DNA of 30,048 bases from a virus (IMGVR_UViG_2681813263_000016); one strand, 5' to 3'. Counted from the stretch's first letter, positions 18,797 through 25,965 are shown. Program-made: numbers and translations. The notes: a model not told the origin generated them from the sequence alone.

Positions 18797-19101
18797 TAAT
18801 TTTTTTCCTTTAATTCGTTCTCTAATAACAAATCGCTGATGCGGGATACCTGGCGGATGGATGGCCCCAGCTCTTTGATTTCACCCCGCAGGTTGCTGAT
18901 ATCCAGTTGCAGGCGGTGAAATTCATTGCGGTCGGGTAGCTGATTCACCAGGCCTTCCATCACCGACACGCGGGAACGCAGCGAATCAAACTCTTCGCGT
19001 TTGACGTAAGTCTTCGCCAGAATCAGCTGAATCAGGTTTATTGCTGTCATCAACAGCGCCCATAAAACAGGCCAGTTGGCCCGGATCACTTCCCAGGACA
19101 C
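18796..19101 (-). CDS. membrane-anchored coiled-coil protein (N-terminal TM helix)
   Basis: 101-aa ORF; hydrophobic segment WPVLWALLMTAINLIQLILA followed by heptad-like charged sequence. Could be an i-spanin-like or other lysis accessory protein; no embedded lipoprotein ORF found by hand. Confidence 0.5.
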   Translation of the reverse strand: MSWEVIRANWPVLWALLMTAINLIQLILAKTYVKREEFDSLRSRVSVMEGLVNQLPDRNEFHRLQLDISNLRGEIKELGPSIRQVSRISDLLLENELKEKN

Positions 19102-19313
19102 GTCTTCCTCCTGCGTTCCCGCGCCTGCTGGCAGTCAATACAGGTCACCACATCCGGCAGCACCGCAATGCGCTGTGCCGGAATAACGTTACCGCAGTCA
19201 TTGCAGAAGCCCCGACTGTGGGGTGCTTCTTTTATCCGCATCAGCCAGGCGTTAACGACGTCCTGACGTTCGTTTAAAACCACTTCACTGATGCGGTCGG
19301 TTTCATCGGTCAT
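19086..19313 (-). CDS. TraR/DksA-family C4 zinc-finger protein
   Basis: 75-aa ORF with CNDCGNVIP...CIDCQ (CxxC-N17-CxxC) near the C-terminus; ATGA overlap with the upstream gene. Confidence 0.6.
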   Translation of the reverse strand: MTDETDRISEVVLNERQDVVNAWLMRIKEAPHSRGFCNDCGNVIPAQRIAVLPDVVTCIDCQQARERRRKTCPGK

Positions 19314-19918
19314 TTCGGCCCCGCTGATATTTTGTGACAGCTCGATTTGCTGTAACGGGCAAAGCCGTCAAGGGTTCTTACCCCGAGATAGCCCAGCGCC
19401 GGGGTAAACAACATCAGCGTGATATCCCAGTCCGGTGACGGCATATGCAGCGTGATACCGTTCGCACCGGCAACCGCACCGGCAATCTGGCCACAGGAGA
19501 GCAACAGCACATAGGCCAGACTGCTGTAACAGGACAGACGGGCCAGCAACGGGCGCGTCTGGCGCACATAGCTGTCCGTGGCGTTGTCACCGTTGCGGAT
19601 GGTTTCCTGTTGTTCGTGGTGAGCGGCCTGCTGGTCAGCCAGCACCAGCTTCTGCCGCTCCACCTCCAGCTGTTGCAGCTGGACTTTCAGGGTTTCCAGC
19701 TGCACCAGTTGCTCCGGTGACAGCATCACCAGTTTTTGTTCCAGAATGCGTTGCTGTTCAGCCACCGGCAGGCTTTCCCGGACGCTTTCCACCATACCGG
19801 CCACCGAGTCAGCGGCGGCAGATGTGCTGCCACCAAACCAGCGCCCGACGGAACGAATCAGCCCCGGCCCGGCTTTCAGCAGAACGGAGGCGATGCCTGA
19901 AAGGGTTAACGGGTCCAT
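19310..19918 (-). CDS. holin-like membrane protein (conserved N-terminus, coiled-coil, C-terminal TM segments)
   Basis: 202-aa ORF; Gln/Leu-rich coiled-coil in the middle and hydrophobic stretches near the C-terminus (LAYVLLLSCGQIAGAVAGA, ITLMLFTPALGYLGV); resembles 3-TM holin architecture by eye. Confidence 0.45.
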   Translation of the reverse strand: MDPLTLSGIASVLLKAGPGLIRSVGRWFGGSTSAAADSVAGMVESVRESLPVAEQQRILEQKLVMLSPEQLVQLETLKVQLQQLEVERQKLVLADQQAAHHEQQETIRNGDNATDSYVRQTRPLLARLSCYSSLAYVLLLSCGQIAGAVAGANGITLHMPSPDWDITLMLFTPALGYLGVRTLDGFARYSKSSCHKISAGPK

Positions 19919-20316
19919 GAATCCCCCTTATGAAAACGGCGCTGATGTTTATAAAGTGCCGCACAAAAGATACCGCCCAGCCAGAACGCCAGCTGATAAG
20001 GCTCCTTCAGATAAAGAAGGCCGAATGTCAGCATGAAAAAACCAACGGCCCAGACCACCCATGACCACACGACAATTCGAAGGGAGGCGGCCCGGAAACG
20101 CCTTTTGGGTTGCAGGCGATAAGGTACGTTGCCCAGCTGGAAACTGTGAATCAGGCAGAGTGTCGCGCCGTATGCCAGCACCATGACCGCAAACGCCTGC
20201 CATCCGGCAAAACAGCTCGCCAGAAAAAGGACTGCCGACAGCCCCAGAAACGACCACTGGCACAACATAAAGCGGGAGTAAATAACGCGAACAAAAAGAC
20301 TATTCATTCTGTGCAT
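19906..20316 (-). CDS. integral membrane protein, ~4 TM helices
   Basis: ORF 19906-20487; start placed at the internal ATG (MHRMNSLF...), preceded by AAGGAAA and overlapping the stop of the upstream gene; strongly hydrophobic. Confidence 0.45.
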   Translation of the reverse strand: MHRMNSLFVRVIYSRFMLCQWSFLGLSAVLFLASCFAGWQAFAVMVLAYGATLCLIHSFQLGNVPYRLQPKRRFRAASLRIVVWSWVVWAVGFFMLTFGLLYLKEPYQLAFWLGGIFCAALYKHQRRFHKGDSWTR

Positions 20317-20527
20317 TGAGTTTTTCCTTGTACTTCTGGCACTGCCAGAAAATGTCCCGTGTATCCACGGTGTTCCAGCCACGCATGTAGTGGCTGGCGT
20401 GTGTGCCGTCATGACCGGTATAGTCCAGCGGTTTCGGGGGCGGACCTCCGGCCATACGATGTAAAACCTCCTGACGCAGGCGGTCACGCCGCCCGGCTCT
20501 CAGCGAGGCATCCCAGCCTTTGCCCAT
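20300..20527 (-). CDS. hypothetical protein immediately downstream of endolysin
   Basis: 75-aa ORF starting 1 nt after the endolysin stop; no motif recognised. Confidence 0.4.
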   Translation of the reverse strand: MGKGWDASLRAGRRDRLRQEVLHRMAGGPPPKPLDYTGHDGTHASHYMRGWNTVDTRDIFWQCQKYKEKLNAQNE

Positions 20528-20528
20528 A

Positions 20529-21116
20529 TCATCCCCGCGTGACGGACGACACGTTGTCGATAATTTCCAGACAGGCGTCGGTCACTTTCTCCATGCGGTT
20601 AAACCAGCCGTTCAGGTATTTGCCCTGGGCAGGTTTGGATTTGATGATGTCGGCATAAAAGCGGGAACGACGGACAATGCAGCGGGTCAGCAACCAGTCC
20701 GGGGTGGACAGGCTCACTGCCTTACGGGTACGCGGACCGATGATGCCGTCAGCATCCACATCAGCGGCTTCCTGCAAAATCCTGATAGCTTTTTTAACGC
20801 CATGCTGAACCGCCGCATCGAACACAAACATCGCCACGCCATCAGGCCACTGGTCACATCCGGCAGGCAGCCAGTAATCGCGCCAGTAAATCTGCGCGAC
20901 CTGTTCGCGGGTTAAATCCCTGATGCGGGTATCCGGTTTACCGTCGCCGCTGACATCGGTTTTGCCGTCAATCACACCGTCGCGGCGGTCAGAAATGCCG
21001 TATCTGGTTTCGCCGCCACGGTCAGTGGGGTCATTGACATAGACGCCTTCGATATCGGGACGCAGAATAAAATTCAGCGCATACTCAAAGGCCGGGGAGA
21101 ATTTTTGATTTTCCAT
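20529..21116 (-). CDS. endolysin, GH108-type N-terminal domain with C-terminal peptidoglycan-binding domain
   Basis: 195-aa ORF; N-terminal ...DIEGVYVNDPTDRGGETRYGIS... resembles the GH108 catalytic motif and ...DADGIIGPRTRKAV... the PG_binding_3 motif (by eye). No N-terminal hydrophobic signal-anchor. First gene after the mor-proximal terminator. Confidence 0.75.
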   Translation of the reverse strand: MENQKFSPAFEYALNFILRPDIEGVYVNDPTDRGGETRYGISDRRDGVIDGKTDVSGDGKPDTRIRDLTREQVAQIYWRDYWLPAGCDQWPDGVAMFVFDAAVQHGVKKAIRILQEAADVDADGIIGPRTRKAVSLSTPDWLLTRCIVRRSRFYADIIKSKPAQGKYLNGWFNRMEKVTDACLEIIDNVSSVTRG

Positions 21117-21171
21117 AAAAGCACCTGTGAAGCAGATTTAAACGTGGTCTGCTTCATGGTGCCGGAGGTAT

Positions 21172-21193
21172 AAAAAAAGCCGGATTTACCGGC
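21172..21193 (-). terminator. intrinsic-terminator-like hairpin with T-tract (GCCGG-TAAAT-CCGGC-TTTTTTT) 8 nt downstream of mor
   Basis: Seen: same stem-loop and 7-T tract as at 13620-13641 (26 nt identical); lies between the Mor-family gene stop (21202) and the endolysin start (21116). Confidence 0.55.
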
Positions 21194-21201
21194 TTCATTG
21201 A

Positions 21202-21651
21202 TTAAGGACGTCGTGGCGGACGACGAACGGGGTGAGGCAGGTTCGGGGAGTGGTAAAACAAATCCGGCTGGTATTTATTACACTCCAGACGCCGCATCCG
21301 CTTGATGGCCTTGTAGACGGTTTTATACGTCACCCCGTAACGCTGAACCAGTTCAGGAATATTATGGCCGTTAAAATCACGCCAGATACGCATATCCCGG
21401 ACAAGATTCTCCAGAATATTCCCCCTCGGAACATAAACCTGCATCCCGCCGATATAGCGACAAATCGCCACAACCAGCTCAAGGGAATGGGCAGGGTCTG
21501 CGCCAATCCGGGCCAGCTCTTTACGCAGCAGTGCGTTCAGTTCAGAAAGTAACGCCGGATAAGCCGTGTTTTCCTGGTAATCGTTAAGGTATTCCAGAAC
21601 GCTGTCGTCCCGGAAGTCTTCGAATAAATCCTGCTCTTTCATCTGTTTCAT
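21202..21651 (-). CDS. mor: Mor/C-family transcriptional activator (middle/late operon regulator)
   Basis: 149-aa ORF; C-terminal ...YVPRGNILENLVRDMRIWRDFNGHNIPELVQRYGVTYKTVYKAIKRMRRL... matches the Mor/C family HTH region as I recall it; sits directly after gemA as in Mu. Confidence 0.8.
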   Translation of the reverse strand: MKQMKEQDLFEDFRDDSVLEYLNDYQENTAYPALLSELNALLRKELARIGADPAHSLELVVAICRYIGGMQVYVPRGNILENLVRDMRIWRDFNGHNIPELVQRYGVTYKTVYKAIKRMRRLECNKYQPDLFYHSPNLPHPVRRPPRRP

Positions 21652-22199
21652 ACAGCAATTCTCCCGCTGTTTCGTGCGCGGGCATATGCACTGGTCAGTG
21701 CATCATAGCCGCGCAGCTTCCGCCCGGTTTCGCTCACAGGTAAAGGCACACCATGTCGGGCAAAGGCTTCCCGGATGCAGCGCATATGCCACTGTTTGAG
21801 CGTTTCGAGCACAACATGCAACGATTCCCCGTGACACCAGGCCAGCGTGGAAACACCCTGACCGCCATTACGTCTGGCCGTCAGGCGTTCAACGTATTTG
21901 TCCAGCGCAGCGTCGCTGATATCGGAGACGAAACCATCAAGGAACATCTGCTGCCAGATTTTATAAATCTTCTCGCGCGGTGTGACATGCCCCTTAAAGC
22001 GACGGCGGGGATGTTTTTTCTGCTTCTTAAAACCGCGCTCTTTCATGGCATCGAGCACACGTTCCAGTTGTGCAACGGACAGCTCGCGGCAACTGGTTTT
22101 GCCCGTGTGCTGCACCAGAAAGGCGCGGTAAGTGTCATCGTCGAGTTGTAGATCACGACGGGCGACATGAATTAATTTAATCAGGGATGTGCGATTCAT
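21648..22199 (-). CDS. gemA: GemA-like regulatory protein (Mu gp16 family)
   Basis: ORF 21648-22253; start placed at the internal ATG (MNRTSLIKLIHVARRDL...), preceded by GGAGG; position directly upstream of mor. Confidence 0.7.
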   Translation of the reverse strand: MNRTSLIKLIHVARRDLQLDDDTYRAFLVQHTGKTSCRELSVAQLERVLDAMKERGFKKQKKHPRRRFKGHVTPREKIYKIWQQMFLDGFVSDISDAALDKYVERLTARRNGGQGVSTLAWCHGESLHVVLETLKQWHMRCIREAFARHGVPLPVSETGRKLRGYDALTSAYARARNSGRIAV

Positions 22200-22272
22200 T
22201 ATCGTACCTCCAGAAAAGGGGGCGGTGCGGCAACACCGCCAGAATCCACTCACTAAACAGAGGAAACTTTTT

Positions 22273-22539
22273 ATGAAAAACAGTGAACAGCCTTATGATG
22301 TTGCAGGGTATGTCATTGCCTCAAGGTTGCTGATACTCCTTGTCAGAAAGGGGCTAATTACCGCAGAAGAAGGCAAAACGATCCTCGAAGCCGCAGCAAG
22401 CGGAGCGGCAGAGGCTCCGGCATTGAGAACAACGAATAATCCCATCCTGCAAATATCACAGCTAATCACTGATACCATCAGTTTGTTAGACCAAGATTCT
22501 GATGAATATCAAAAGCCTCAGCCATCTGAGCATCCGTAA
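22273..22539 (+). CDS. small hypothetical protein (88 aa) encoded on the opposite strand inside the early operon
   Basis: Seen: ATG at 22273 with GAGGAA 9 nt upstream; fills an otherwise non-coding 278-nt minus-strand gap; AT-rich; its 3' end overlaps the 3' end of the convergent minus-strand gene 22478-22825 by ~60 nt. Confidence 0.35.
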   Translation: MKNSEQPYDVAGYVIASRLLILLVRKGLITAEEGKTILEAAASGAAEAPALRTTNNPILQISQLITDTISLLDQDSDEYQKPQPSEHP

Positions 22540-22825
22540 GAATATCTTTATTTGATAGTCCCAGCCTGCGACGAATGTATTCCTCGCGGGCTGCTTCATT
22601 TTGTAGCGCCACGGCAGCTTCCACCTGGTTCATTTCACGGTTGATAATGCTCCGGACTTCTCTGGCGGTGAGGTCATGCTCAATACCATATTTAACAATA
22701 TCATGCATACGTTCCAGCATCCTTAAATTAGCCATGACGTCATCAATATTAACTGGTGTGAATTTCATTTCTTTATTCTCTGGTTTATTCATTTCGTAAT
22801 ACCTCTTCGCAATAAAAGATTTCAT
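22478..22825 (-). CDS. hypothetical early protein, helical
   Basis: 115-aa ORF with ATGA overlap to the upstream small ORF; AT-rich codon usage. Confidence 0.5.
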   Translation of the reverse strand: MKSFIAKRYYEMNKPENKEMKFTPVNIDDVMANLRMLERMHDIVKYGIEHDLTAREVRSIINREMNQVEAAVALQNEAAREEYIRRRLGLSNKDILTDAQMAEAFDIHQNLGLTN

Positions 22826-22968
22826 TGGGATAACGTTTTTGTATGCGCTCCATCACCTGCATACATGTCTGCTCTGTGGGCCAGATTTTTTTCCGTTACC
22901 GGAATGGCATCGCAGGCATCATTTCCGCAGGTGCCAACCAGCAGGACAAAGCCAGTTGACTTAATCAT
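22822..22968 (-). CDS. small hydrophobic-N-terminus protein (48 aa)
   Basis: ATG at 22968 lies 3 nt after the stop of the upstream gene; N-terminus MIKSTGFVLLVGTCGNDAC looks like a short signal or lipoprotein-like peptide. Below the ORF-track size cut-off as a stand-alone gene. Confidence 0.3.
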   Translation of the reverse strand: MIKSTGFVLLVGTCGNDACDAIPVTEKNLAHRADMYAGDGAHTKTLSQ

Positions 22969-23500
22969 GCTCGCTGATTTCCTGTGTTTCCGCCGGAACC
23001 GGTGAATAATCAAGAATGAGATAGCGCAGGACGTGGTCGGTGATATTCCAGCCACTGGAGCCACAAATAAAACGACCCAGCCGGATATCGATATAAGCCA
23101 TCACAAAACGGGGCATTCCCTGTTTACACATCTCGTCATCCACTTCAGCAACGATGTAAACCGACTCGCAGGTCAGTACGCCTGTCGCAAATTCTTTTGC
23201 CAGTGCCGGAATGGCATTGCCTTCCAGCCAGGGCAAAGAGCGGCGGAACGTGCACCATTGCGCACCATCAACATCGGGGTGCTCCGTTGAATTTCGCCCG
23301 GCAGGCGGCTCTGCCCGGGAGCGCGGAACGTCGTAAAAGCCGTTCAGTTCAGTCAGCACTCCGGCATCAACCGCATCACGCAGGAAATACACCATTGCAG
23401 AGACCGGCATCCTCATTTTGTCCGCCAGAACACCACAGGTCAGACGTCCGTAAGCCCGTAATAATGTGCTGACACCGTTCAGAACTTTTGCATCAATCAC
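22961..23500 (-). CDS. hypothetical early protein (179 aa)
   Basis: ORF with a 3-nt spacer to the upstream gene; no recognised motif. Confidence 0.5.
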   Translation of the reverse strand: MIDAKVLNGVSTLLRAYGRLTCGVLADKMRMPVSAMVYFLRDAVDAGVLTELNGFYDVPRSRAEPPAGRNSTEHPDVDGAQWCTFRRSLPWLEGNAIPALAKEFATGVLTCESVYIVAEVDDEMCKQGMPRFVMAYIDIRLGRFICGSSGWNITDHVLRYLILDYSPVPAETQEISEHD

Positions 23501-23503
23501 CGG

Positions 23504-24058
23504 TTATTCCTCCGTCAGTGCCACAAATTCAGAATGTTTAATGCGCTGGCATTCGGCAGGAACCGGTCCCTTAACCTCACCATCCAGCAGGCACACCTCA
23601 AACAAAATGCCGAATCCGTCACGGCTGTGGTGCATCGTCCAGACTGATTTGAGATCAAACATGTTGGGTACAACATCAACCCCGAGTTCATTACACAACC
23701 AGACCGGGAATGTGGGATATTTCCGGAGTTGCTCTTCATGTTCCTGAATAAGCGTCGCATTGTTTCGGCCTTCCGGTGTTGTTATATCCGGTACAACGCC
23801 ATAAAACTGAAATCCACCAATAAACAGTCCGTCTGATTTACCACGCCATAATTCCGGCGCTAATTGATTCATCCAGATACATTCAACCCGTTCATACCCT
23901 CTGTTACTGACAAGGGAAACACCGTCTGCGCCAAACGCACGCTGCAATGAGCAGATGATTTTGTCACGCTTAACAGAAACATCTTTCAGACAGCGAATCG
24001 TATAACCGTTAGCGGCTGCGTCACTCAGTTTAAAATAAGCATATGCTTTCATATTCAT
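23504..24058 (-). CDS. hypothetical early protein (184 aa), first gene downstream of gam
   Basis: ORF 23504-24109; start placed at the internal ATG (MNMKAYAYF...) preceded by AGAGGAA; an ATG 6 nt downstream is an alternative. No recognised motif. Confidence 0.5.
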   Translation of the reverse strand: MNMKAYAYFKLSDAAANGYTIRCLKDVSVKRDKIICSLQRAFGADGVSLVSNRGYERVECIWMNQLAPELWRGKSDGLFIGGFQFYGVVPDITTPEGRNNATLIQEHEEQLRKYPTFPVWLCNELGVDVVPNMFDLKSVWTMHHSRDGFGILFEVCLLDGEVKGPVPAECQRIKHSEFVALTEE

Positions 24059-24149
24059 TTCCTCTGGTCCTGATTCAGGCGCGAGCAATCCCCTGACGCA
24101 TCGCGCCATAATTAAAAGAAAGTGAATTAATTAAATATTCGTCGTGGTA

Positions 24150-24674
24150 TTAAATACCGGCATCCTGTTCAAACGGAATAATAGAAAAATCTTCAATGCC
24201 TGATTTAACTGTAATTCCGGCGACACCTGCGACTGCTTTCGGCTCCAGTAAAATCGCTTCCTTGTTGATTTCCTGTTTCGTGCGAATAAAGCGTTGAAGG
24301 CCAAGACGCTCCAGTGTTTCCATCACCGCATCCACACCGCGAATACTTACTGATGGTGGGCGCTGACGCCATGACACATCACCGGTTACCAGGTTTGCCG
24401 TCTTCACCTTGCCGCCGTTCGTCAGTTCGTCACGGTTCGCTTCACACCATCCCTGAACGCCTTTTGAAAGGGTTTCGATACTGGTTTTAAGCGGTGCAAT
24501 CTGTGAGGCGTATTTCTCCGTAATCTCAGCGATAGCGTCATTCATTTCCGTTTCAAGTCGTGCTGCTTCGCGTTGCAGGTCCCCAATCCGGCGGATATCA
24601 CATACCACGGCATCGCGGGATTGCGGAACATAAGCCGCTGCGGCGTTCCTGATTCGTTTTGCGGGTTTAGCCAT
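24150..24674 (-). CDS. gam: host-nuclease inhibitor protein Gam (Ku-like dsDNA-end binding)
   Basis: 174-aa ORF; the translation (MAKPAKRIRNAAAAYVPQSRDAVVCDIRRIGDLQREAARLETEMNDAIAEITEKY...) matches my recollection of Mu Gam along essentially its full length; AGGAG RBS. Confidence 0.9.
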   Translation of the reverse strand: MAKPAKRIRNAAAAYVPQSRDAVVCDIRRIGDLQREAARLETEMNDAIAEITEKYASQIAPLKTSIETLSKGVQGWCEANRDELTNGGKVKTANLVTGDVSWRQRPPSVSIRGVDAVMETLERLGLQRFIRTKQEINKEAILLEPKAVAGVAGITVKSGIEDFSIIPFEQDAGI

Positions 24675-24692
24675 AAATAAAGCTCCTGTTAA

Positions 24693-24992
24693 TTAATATT
24701 CACTGTATACAATGCCGGATACAGCACGATTGCTTAATTCCATCTTTTTGGCTATCACATGAATAGCCAGCCCTTCTTTATAAAGTTCACGGCATAAATA
24801 TTTGTCGTGCTCACTGACCTGGTATGCACACAACGATATTCCGTGCCTTCTGGCATGTGCCTGTAGGGCGGTTGGGGCAACTTTCAGTTTTTTCGCCATT
24901 TCCTCGACGGTCATTTTTCCGACACTGGCTTCGATAAATTCCCGGTCTTCGCGTGACCAGCGTTTACGATTACACGTCATTCCGGTCACCAC
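24693..24992 (-). CDS. small helix-turn-helix DNA-binding protein (putative)
   Basis: 99-aa ORF; two HTH-like segments (MTVEEMAKKLKVAPTALQAHARRHG and GLAIHVIAKKMELSNRAVSGIVYSEY); AT-rich. Confidence 0.45.
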   Translation of the reverse strand: MVTGMTCNRKRWSREDREFIEASVGKMTVEEMAKKLKVAPTALQAHARRHGISLCAYQVSEHDKYLCRELYKEGLAIHVIAKKMELSNRAVSGIVYSEY

Positions 24993-25412
24993 TCAGTACA
25001 ACAGAGGCTCGCGCAGTGATGCCGGAATATGCCGCAGCGATAACTGAACCGCTTTCAGGACAAGCGAGGAATAACAGCAGCGCGCCCAGCCTTTTGCCAT
25101 TAACCGGTAATCGCGCCAGATACGCTGCCACATTTCACGGGCTTTCGGGTCTGACGCGCAGATGTATTCGCGGTCCATGACGTATTCCCATAAATCCACA
25201 TTGAAGGCATTGCCAAACGTAATGGCGCGGAATACCGCCTCTCCGCAATAACGCGCACAAATGCTGTAATGGTCAAATGCAATCAGGTAAGTCTTTTCGC
25301 CATACCCCTCAACTTCGCGCGCACAAATAAATTCGCGCAAGTCTCCACCATTGTTATTACGCTCTTTAATCCGAATTAATGCCCGGATTTCATTTCGGAT
25401 TTTGACGTTCAT
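24993..25412 (-). CDS. hypothetical Cys-rich early protein
   Basis: ORF 24993-25436; start placed at the internal ATG (MNVKIRNEIRALIR...); stop abuts the next start; 9 Cys in 139 aa. Confidence 0.5.
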   Translation of the reverse strand: MNVKIRNEIRALIRIKERNNNGGDLREFICAREVEGYGEKTYLIAFDHYSICARYCGEAVFRAITFGNAFNVDLWEYVMDREYICASDPKAREMWQRIWRDYRLMAKGWARCCYSSLVLKAVQLSLRHIPASLREPLLY

Positions 25413-25426
25413 TGTCAGCGTTCCTT

Positions 25427-25690
25427 TCAGTGGCATGTTTTTTCAACAGCCATTTCAGTGACACGGCCACCGGTGATGACACTATCGTTTTTCAAAATCT
25501 CGATAGCTTCATGGGCTGACTCATTAATTATTTTCTGGCTTTTATTAAGCACCAGTAACGCCACCATGCCAGCAAGTGTACCCTCATCACCGTCCAGTTC
25601 CGCACTACCGTCCACCGCAATGCTGGTGCGCAAATTCAGTCCTTTAATTCCAGATACTGTATTTTTAATTTCAATAATTACTTTTGCCAT
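25427..25690 (-). CDS. hypothetical small early protein (87 aa)
   Basis: ORF 25427-25705; start placed at the internal ATG (MAKVIIEIKNTV...) with GAGGAA upstream; strongly AT-rich relative to the flanks. Confidence 0.5.
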   Translation of the reverse strand: MAKVIIEIKNTVSGIKGLNLRTSIAVDGSAELDGDEGTLAGMVALLVLNKSQKIINESAHEAIEILKNDSVITGGRVTEMAVEKTCH

Positions 25691-25722
25691 TTTGTTATTC
25701 CTCACAAATAAATAAGCCGTTA

Positions 25723-25950
25723 TTAACGCCAGATAATCTGGCAGCCATTAAGGCGGGCCGTCCATACTGAACGGGCAACCCCTGATTTATGCTCCATAAT
25801 CCTGACAGCGTTTCTGACCAGCTCCGGTGGTGGGCAGGTGATTTCAAGTACCGGACGCGCCACGCCGAGATATGATTCATTTACGTGACTCCCGTGCGCC
25901 TGTAACCAGTTCTGCGCATCCGTTGCCATTTTTATATTTCGTGACATCAT
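25723..25950 (-). CDS. small early protein at the position of Mu kil (first gene after B)
   Basis: 75-aa ORF 15 nt after the B stop with AAGGA RBS; assigned by position and size only. Confidence 0.4.
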   Translation of the reverse strand: MMSRNIKMATDAQNWLQAHGSHVNESYLGVARPVLEITCPPPELVRNAVRIMEHKSGVARSVWTARLNGCQIIWR

Positions 25951-25965
25951 GGTTTATGTCCTTTA

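Noticed and set aside
13620-21197. Possibility that the two copies of the 26-bp element are a CRISPR-like or IS-type repeat
   Set aside because: Only two copies, ~7.5 kb apart, each in a promoter/terminator context between operons, with no spacer array and no transposase nearby.
22200-22253. Upstream extension of the gemA ORF (MSGFWRCCRTAPFSGGTI...)
   Set aside because: The internal ATG at 22199 has a GGAGG RBS; the extension would run through the hairpin at 22221-22240.
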